Shown: in pieces, positions 34,436 through 64,000 of the stretch
Numbering within the stretch: position 1 is the stretch's first letter
Layout: each line of letters starts with the position of its first letter
Origin: the human T2T-CHM13v2.0 reference genome, Homo sapiens
Reading direction: 5' to 3' (one strand)
NCBI RefSeq assembly: GCF_009914755.1
Contig: NC_060938.1
DNA: 64,000 nt
Made by a program: the position numbers and the translations under genes
The notes under the pieces: generated by a model
What the model saw: the letters and a program-made list of their open reading frames with translations, nothing else
Database searches by the model: none
What the model was told of the DNA's origin: nothing

Positions 34436-35573
34436 TCAGGTCAACTCTTCCCAGGAACACAGAGCACAAGGCAAGGCCAGGACTGGAGCCCACACTGTCT
34501 GACTCCAGACCAGCTCGTGCCCGCCATGTATCCTGCCAGTCTGGCATCCGTGCAGTCAATTGTCTCTCTTGCACCTGTCTCTATTTTCACCTTCAAGCCC
34601 AAATCTGCATGTTTTATGCTAGGTTTTTTTTTGTTCTATCTGGTTCTTTTTCAAATTATCTATCACTACAGTTTTATGAAAGGTGCCTCTGGGGGAACTG
34701 AGTGAAGTGCACAGGGCCCTCTCTGTCCTATTTCTTACCACTGCAGGAGTGGCTACAATTAGCTCCAAAACACATGCGATCTGACACTTCCTGGGCTTCT
34801 GACTGAGTTCCATATTATTAATCTGACTAATCCTGTGGGTTTTTTCTCCTTTAATAGTTGCTCAACACCACTGAGGTTCGATCACCACAACTGCAAGAGC
34901 CACAGAAGGTTCCAGGGGCCTGGGAGACAGTGAGTTATGAACAATGGCCCCCATCACAGCAAATACACATCAGCAGAGATCAGGAAACAGAACAAATGAG
35001 TCCTGAGTTATTAAAAAAGAAAGAAAGGCCAGGCTGAAGAAAACCCTTGAGCTGCACTCCAGCCTGGGCGACAGAGTGACACTCTATCTGAAAAACAAAA
35101 CAAAACAAAAAACAGTGAAGACAAAGACAGATGAGACGCAGGAAGCAGTTCGCACCAAGGCTGTGCCCGGAACGTCCTCTCTTTTCTTTCCACATTAATT
35201 ACTCTCAAGTCACCCGGGCTTCCTTGTCAAGTTTCCCCCTACTCTTTTGATAAAACACATTTTGTTAATTACGTAGTTTAATAGTTGTGTACACATTTCC
35301 CTAAAGCGGGCAGACACAGATGATGGTGGCCAGGCTGGAAGTGGGAGGAACTTCGAGGCAAGCCTGGGGTGAAGGCTTGGAGAGGCAAAACCACAAAAGC
35401 AAAGCAGCAGGGGACCTGTGTGCAGGCAGGAGCAAGTTCCCAAATCAGAGGGCAAAGGAGAAAAGGGCCCAGAAGGAAAAGCCTAAGAAAAACATTATTT
35501 CTCAGAAATACCAAATATTTTCAAACTGCTCCGAGAACACTAACAATTTTGTACTGGTGTATAAAAATAATTA

Positions 35574-36250
<677 letters not shown>

Positions 36251-36707
36251 AGGCTGGAATTTTTAAAACTTAGAAACCTGGACAAAGGGCCCTGTAAAAC
36301 TGAAACTCAGACCCCTGAGGATGGGGTGCTGCTGGCCAGCACTGGGTCTCTGAGCTCAAAGGCAGCCCCACAGGCTGGGTCCCCAGTGACTGGAAGGAGT
36401 GCAGCCAGCTGACGCTGGGCTCTCTGAGGTGACTGTGGCAGGGCTGTTCTGCTGGCGTGGGGAAAACTCCAAACTGGCACCAGTGGCCGACTGCCAGAAG
36501 GAACTTCGCTGCCAGGATGGTACTGCTAGGGTGTCACTCTAGGAGGGAGCGGGCAGGAAGCTGCAAGTCGTCCTCCCGCCTCCCAGCCTTGTAGTCTCCC
36601 TCCAGCACCTGCTTCAGGCAGAGCTCAACAGGGAGTGGGGGGGTCAGAGCTCCCCAGGATTGGCTGGGGTGTGGGGTGGAGTGAGGAGGACATCAGTGCC
36701 GGTGAAG

Positions 36708-36829
36708 CAGGTGAGGGGAGGGAACCAGGTGAGGGGAGGGAACCAGGTGAGGGGAGGGAACCAGGTGAGGGGAGGGAACCAGGTGAGGGGAGGGAACCAG
36801 GTGAGGGGAGGGAACCAGGTGAGGGAGGG
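36708..36829. repeat. Minisatellite, 18-bp unit (caggtgaggggagggaac) x ~6.7, intron 1
   Basis: Perfect units at 36708, 36726, 36744, 36762, 36780 and 36798; partial unit at 36816. Confidence 0.97.
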
Positions 36830-36859
36830 TGGTCCTCTTGTTACCTACAGGAGGACTGA

Positions 36860-38625
36860 TCAGATAAGCAACATTCAGGATGATGGGGCTGGGTTCCTCA
36901 CTGTCCAAGTGAGGAGTTATAGATAAGGAAGAAAACGAGAATAAACCGTACAACACTGGGATAGAATTGGGTTATTGGTATGAACTTGCAGCTTCAATAT
37001 AGACAGACAGATACAGGGATAAACACAGCCATATATGGGTGTGAACATACAGAGTCCTAGCTCTGTCTACCGAAGAGTATCCGGAAGCAGCAGCAGTTCA
37101 GCTACAAGCACACCCAGTGTGGACCATGGTCTCTAAAGACCATTCTCCAACATAGGACAGGGCTCCTCAGGCAGCTCCAGAGCTGGGTCAGGAAACCGCA
37201 AGGTGAGCCTGCAGCAGCCGGTGCCCAGAAGTGAGAGTGTGCTCAAAATGAACACAAGCAGTCACAGATCATAATCTATTCAATAAAACAGGGCTGGGTG
37301 CGGTGGCTCATGCCTGGAATCCCAGCACTTTGGGAGGCTGAGGCAAGAGGACTGCTTGAGCCCAGGAGTTCAAGACCAGCCTGGGCAACATGACAAGACT
37401 CTATCTCTACAAAAAATAAAATCATGAACCAGGGTGTAGCGGCACACACCTGTGGTTCTAGCTCCTCTCAAGGTGGAGGCGAGAGATCGCTGGAGCCCGG
37501 GAGGTGGAGGCTGCAGTGAGCTGTGTTTGCACCACTGCACTCCAGGCTGGACAACAGTGAGAACTTGTCTCAAAACAAAAACAAAAAACACCAGGAAATC
37601 AGGAGTCCACACTGATATTAACATATAAAATTTAAAAATCTGATGAAAAATGGGATATTTATATAGTTTCAAAGTACATCCAAACAAAATACCTATCAAT
37701 TACGCAGGGAAAATGGTGACTTTACAGTGAAGTCAGGCAGACATCACCTGAAATCAAGCAATCAGAGCGGCCAGCATCAGTTACGTGATGAGACGCAACC
37801 GCACATCCCACAGGACACGAGGGGGAAACCATAGCCTCACTTCTGTGATTTTCCTGCAAAGATCCACAACCCAAATCCAACCACCGGGAAACACCAGGCA
37901 AACCTAAACTGAAGAACAGTCTCCAAACTGTCAGCCTGAAACCTTCAGCAGTGTCGAGGTCATGAAAGTCAAGGAAAGACACAGAACTGATCACACAGAA
38001 AGGAACAAGGTCATGGTGTGTGTGGCTCTGCAGCAAACCCTTCCTTCTGCTACAGAGCAGAGTACCAGAAAATCCGCAATGCTTCAGTGGAATCTGAAGG
38101 TTAGATACAGCAATGTATCAATGCTACATTCCTGATTGTGTTGGTTACACCGTGGTTATGTAGAATATCCCTGTCTGCAGGAAATACATGCTAAAGCAGT
38201 GGTCCCAACCTTTTTGGCACCAGGGGCCACTTTCATGGAAGACAATTTTTCCACAGACCCGTAGGGGGGTGGAGGAGGTGAGGTGATGGTTTTGGGATGA
38301 AACTGTCCCACCCTGGATCATCAGGCACTGGACTCTCATAAGCAGCATGCAACATAGATCCCTCAAATACACAGTTCACAATAGGGTTCGTGCTCCTATG
38401 AGAATCTAATGCCACGCTGATCTGACCGGAGGTAGAGCTCAGGTGGGAATGCTCACTCATCTCCTGCCGTGGAGTCTGGTTCCTAACAGACCATGGAGCT
38501 GTCCGTGGCCTGGGGGTTGGGGATCCCTGTGGTAAAGTATTCAATGGCAAACAGCTGGGGGAGGAGAGTTCTTCTGTTATTTGCAACTTTTCTGAAGTTT
38601 CAAACTATTTCAAAAATGTTTTAAA
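36860..38625 (+). mobile_element. L1MC/MD 3' remnant interrupted by AluJ (37292-37590) and MER1B
   Basis: ttcctcactgt..gagttatagataagg; gagagttcttctgttatttgcaacttttctgaagtt 3' end. Confidence 0.65.
38197..38529 (-). mobile_element. MER1B (hAT-Charlie) DNA transposon
   Basis: TIR-like ends cagtggtcccaacc / ggttggggatccctg; 8-bp TSD tgctaaag/tggtaaag; internal ctcctatgagaatctaatgcc. Confidence 0.9.
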
Positions 38626-39118
38626 AATACTTTTAGAAGTTCATTTGTTGCTATTTGGAAAACTTAGAGGGGCAAGGAGGGAGGGCCCACTGGATACAGC
38701 CACCACCGCCCCATTAAGATAACAATGGTGGCTTAGAAATGAATGGGACAGTGGTCCTGGAACAGAGGAGGAAGTCGCATCGATAGTGTTGGAACTAGAG
38801 TGGATTGTGGCATGGGATGAGCAAAGAAGATTCCAGGATGTGCACTAGGTTTCTAGCCACAGCAGCTTGATGAATGGGGTGCTACACACCAAAGCAGGAG
38901 AGGCCAGGAGAGCAGCAGGTTGGGGTGAGGAGGGGAGTAGGGCCTGGGGCAACGGAATCCAATTACATCACGTAGTTAGTGCTACAGTCTGAAATCGTGA
39001 AGAGACCATCTCAAAAAATTGATTTTTCTTACAGGACCCTACTGCTGTTTTATATTTTCAAAAAGTGATCACTTCGAAACCACCAGCTTCCATGGGGATG
39101 GGGAGAGGTGAGGCGTGA

Positions 39119-43856
<4,738 letters not shown>

Positions 43857-45559
43857 CCTAATTGTTTTTTCTTTGGTAGAAATTAATAATTTTACTCACT
43901 GGTTTTTCTTAATTTTTTCCTTTTTTTAACTGATTTTCGAGTAAAAACTTTAGTTTTGACAAAGAAAATATATTCATAAACATATACACTTTTATTAAGT
44001 CAACTACTGGTATTATATTAAATATATATCTTCTAATATGCAGAATATATATATTCTAATATGCAGATTTTGCAGCTCGCCAAACAGAGGTATTTAAGAT
44101 CACGCACAGATCAATTTTCAAAGACAAAAGGCAGCACACAGTGCAGGGAAATCTAGTCCCAGAGGGAGCCCCCATGTCAGCTGGGCAGGACCCTTCACAC
44201 CAGCAGCACTGATGGGGGCGGTGCCCACCCCGGCCCCAGGAACAGGATCACAGGAAATGAGCTCAGCTGCTGCACTGGAGCAGGATGAGAAATCGAGAAT
44301 GAATCCTCACTCCTTCCTAGTACAACGCCAGAGTAGTCCTAAATATATACAGAGACGCTCTCCCACACACTCCAAACTGGGCTGGGACCGCCAGGACAGG
44401 AAGGACGACGTGACAGCCAGGAAGAGAACCGTCTACGCATCTTCCTCCTGGAAGGCCTCGGACTTGTCTCTGTTTAACTGAGGCGGAAGGACAGAAAGGA
44501 GCCCCAATGCTCTGGCCTCTAGAGTTCTGTAACAGAGTCCGTCCTAACTTACTCTTCCTGGCTCTCTAACCCTTGAGACTGAGACTTGCTAATACACTTC
44601 TAGAAGACAGTGGGCACAGCACTCATAACAAAGTACAGTGATTAAACGGTATCTACAGTGATTAAATGCTTCCTACCCCGCATTAAGAAGCAGGGAGGAA
44701 GAGTTTTGAATGTAAGAAAGTAAAAAGTTTGCAAAGCATCAGTAAATAAGGTTCAAAGGAGAGCAACTTAACTTCAGTAATTAGTAATTTGGGGAATTTT
44801 TAGCAACTATTCGTAACATCCACCAAACTCTTAGGATTAATTCAAGCTTATAACATAGTCCTTCCTATTTGACAGACTTGAGAAGGCAGGATCTTTTAAT
44901 ACTTTCAATTTGCTTTTTATTCTCTTATACCCTAAATATTTGATGAAATATTCAACCCACCCATTGCTAATGGCAGCTTCCACTTTCTGAACATCTACAT
45001 ATGGGTCAGGGATGTTATATAATAATATCTCTACAGGCATATGGTCTCAAAACTCCTGGGCTCAAGTGATCTGCCCACCTCGGCCTTCCAAGGTGCTGGG
45101 ATTACAGGCGTGAGCCACTGGGTCCAGTCTAAATGTTTGGTATTTTTAATCCCTTGTTATTTGTCTTTACTCCCCACATAAGACTTTTTACGTGTCAGTT
45201 TTAAAATTCAGAGGCAAAAATTAACTCCACTCATTTTTCTTGTTGCTCTTAACTTAATCTAGTAGACAGTATATTTTGAAATTTCTTTGTGTCACTGCTG
45301 TGAATTCAGAAAAGTCTGGTTTTCTTTCTGCACAGTAAAATACCAGCTGCTCCTAATGTCATGATTAGTACCATCTTCTGAAGAATTGACAGTCCATGCA
45401 GCAAGTATCATTTTAGTTTAAGGTGAACTGTGTCTTTCAAATTACTTGAGAACTGGTAATTCAAGTAAGCAATTCTTTCACTCTCCTGTAAGCAAGCACA
45501 CTGTCCGATGTGCCACCCCTCTCCCCCACCAATTGCACTTGGATCGCTTAGGCTAACAT

Positions 45560-48505
<2,946 letters not shown>

Positions 48506-49528
48506 TTATTCAAAAAGTATTAAAGGTATTTAAAAATATTCCTGAAATGAAGCAAGACATTGTGGCTACGAGTAAGCACCTGAGTCCTTCAGACTTCACC
48601 GCTTACTGTGTTGCAAAATACTGAGCATGAACTCCAGTTTCCTTGTGGGTAAATTAAGGATAATCCCAGAACTGTGGGTGAATGTGACAGTGGATGTCAA
48701 CAATGAGCAGTGCCAGGCTCTGAGACAGCCCCAGCACGCAGAGCCAGCCTAATCGTTTTGTGATCACATACGCATCACAGAAGATGTGCTGGGCTTCCCC
48801 TTTCCCACAGAAACAGCATGGAAGCCCCTCCCAGGAACACGCCCGTCTGCAGTGCAGCTCAGTGCCTGGTGCACAGCTGGCGCTCAACAGGTGCATGTGA
48901 GTGAAAAGAAACCCACAGCTTCCAGAAGGTTCTTCCTACGTCACCTGCCTCCTTCTATATTCTGTGCCCATGAACTTGGACATCCAGAACATACTCTCCT
49001 ATCTAAATACAAGTACATGCAATTCTCCCTTAATAGGGCTGTTATTTATTTGTATTTTATCTTTTATTATTTTTAAACTCATTCAACTGGAAAATACTAG
49101 TGACAAGAAAAACAAATTCATGCCAGGGACTTTTTTTCATCCTAGCATAGATCCTGAGATCAGCAGAGTTGATCTGAGTTGCTGAAACCTTCTGCATATA
49201 AACCATTTTCAGCAGGGTTCTTAACAACTGTCCAGAGCCAAGTACTGAATTATCTGAGTCCAACTGCCAATCTTTCTAAATTGAATAGTCAATATGTCAG
49301 GAATACTATGGTGTTAAAAAAGAAAAAAAGGATAAAAGTAAACATTTTTATGGGAAATTTTCTCTTATCCAAAATTCCTTCAATCTTTTACCTTATTTAG
49401 ACATTGACTCTGCATTTCTGCATGAGGAATAAGTATGTCTCTGGAAGAAAAAATACTGTTGCTAATTATATGAAACTTCTAGGACCTAATCCAGCACCAG
49501 AGAAGTGAGGCTAAAGAAATGCTAAATT

Positions 49529-51250
<1,722 letters not shown>

Positions 51251-52781
51251 AAGTGTTCAGATTGGCTGCCAGACTACCCACCTCCAATATGTCACATATC
51301 CAACTGAACCTAAGCATTTCTGAGTTACTTTTTTTTTAATTAAAAAAAATATTTTATGCTGATATTTTTCAGTATTATAAAAACGCCGGCATGAAGGAAA
51401 TGAAATAAAAAAAGTACATGACCCAGACACCAAGCAGAGAAAGATGGCCAGTGTGCTCCTGTATCGTCATCTTTGGCTCACCATCCCCACGTAAACGCAG
51501 TAATAAACAGGAAGGAAGGATGTTTTCACAGAAGACTTGAAAATGTTCTTCTGATTTCATGAAAGTAATTGGTAAGCCAGGAAAACTACCCTTTTCACCA
51601 GATGCCTAGAGATGAGACACTAAAATCAACAAATGAAAGAGCTTTCCAAATAATCAATAAAACTTTACGGCAAAGTCAGCAAATGTTTAACATTTTGCAA
51701 AAGGACATCTAGCTTTGTGCAGTCTGCATTTCCTTTCACAAGCTACAAGAGCTGTCAAAAATGCTTCTCCTTAAACAAACGCTGCAGTAAAAATACAAGA
51801 TTTATACTACCAGGGTTTATTTGATTATGAAAATTGTACTTTTCCAGAACGTCTGGCGATTTCCAATTTGGGATGAGCCTGGTATTTCTCTACAGGCGCC
51901 CACACGCAGGCCTTTCCCCAGTGCTCTCAGCAGGAAGGGCCTGGGGCTCCCAACAGCACCAAGGCCCAGCCTCTGTGCAGCCTGATGTGCAGGTAGAATG
52001 CCCAACCCGTCTGGCTTCTAAGGGCTGGATTCCGGAAACCAACTAAAAAGCTGATGTACCAGAGACTACAGCATCACTCACATGGGTGGACAAGTATCAA
52101 CTAATTTTTCTGAACTTCAATTAAAAAATCAAAAAGCTTAAGATCACATTTTAAAAAGTTGAGTCCTCACTAATTGTCAACTCCAAAGTGTCTCCAGTGA
52201 ACAACTACTATAAGACCTGCCTTCTATTATTATTATTATTTTTTTTTTTTTTTTAAGAAAAATGCCACAAGCCCAGGGCATCCTCACCCAGCAAGCAGCA
52301 GAGGGAGCCAAGAGCACCAGCCGGCGGCCAGCCTTGTGGCCTCAGGGCAGCGGCAGGTGTTTCTGATATGAAGGCCTGGAGAAGCAACACGTATTTCATT
52401 CACTTCTCCTTGTCCCCCTCTGCTGTCTCAGAGTGACAGATCCAACCTCTCATGCCCACCCACGAGGACCAAGGAGAAGGGAGGTAATAACGCACTTCTC
52501 GGCCTCTCTGCAACCCCGCGTGGGTGCACACTTGGGCCTCAGGCCTCACCAGCTCCTGACTGGAATATACTTTACCACTGCAACATCTGAAATGAAATCA
52601 GAAATGCCTATTTTTTTTTACATCGATTGAACCCCCAAATAGTTTATTTCCCACAAAATATACTGGGCCAATAGTATAGGAATGATCTGTCAAATGCCAA
52701 ATTTGTCCAGCTAGGAAAACACTAGAAACCAGTTAAAACTTTTGAACAGGACAGGACAAATGCCAATTCTTCCACAAATAA

Positions 52782-59070
<6,289 letters not shown>

Positions 59071-59134
59071 ACAATTACCTTTTATTATGGTAAAATATAC
59101 GTAACATAAAATGTACAATTTTAACCGTTTTTTG

Positions 59135-63935
<4,801 letters not shown>

Positions 63936-64000
63936 AAAAAGGAAAAAAATTATCTGGTAATTGTAAATGGCAGAGAAGCCTTTCTTCTTCACTAAAATAA

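Overview
Primate (very likely human) genomic DNA covering part of CDC42BPB (MRCK-beta, a DMPK-family AGC Ser/Thr kinase) on the minus strand. Seven coding exons (exons 2-8 by my recollection of the gene, 965 nt in total) can be placed to the base with GT-AG boundaries. They splice in frame into most of the kinase domain and the start of the AGC C-tail; exon 1 lies beyond the right edge. The rest is intronic. It holds roughly 55 Alu elements or fragments (mostly antisense to the gene), old L1M/L2/MIR remnants, MER1B/MER3/MER5/Tigger3-type DNA transposons, one MLT1 LTR, three VNTRs (51, 73 and 18 bp units) and a processed RPL13 pseudogene nested in an L1. I see no evidence of a new gene family or system. 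The best leads are regulatory or evolutionary: a candidate intronic poly(A) site after exon 6 that would give a truncated kinase, an intron-exon duplex looping out the exon 5 acceptor, an E-box/GC-box VNTR near exon 5, and a probable Alu-Alu gene-conversion tract. Repeat subfamily names and repeat edges are judged by eye and are approximate.
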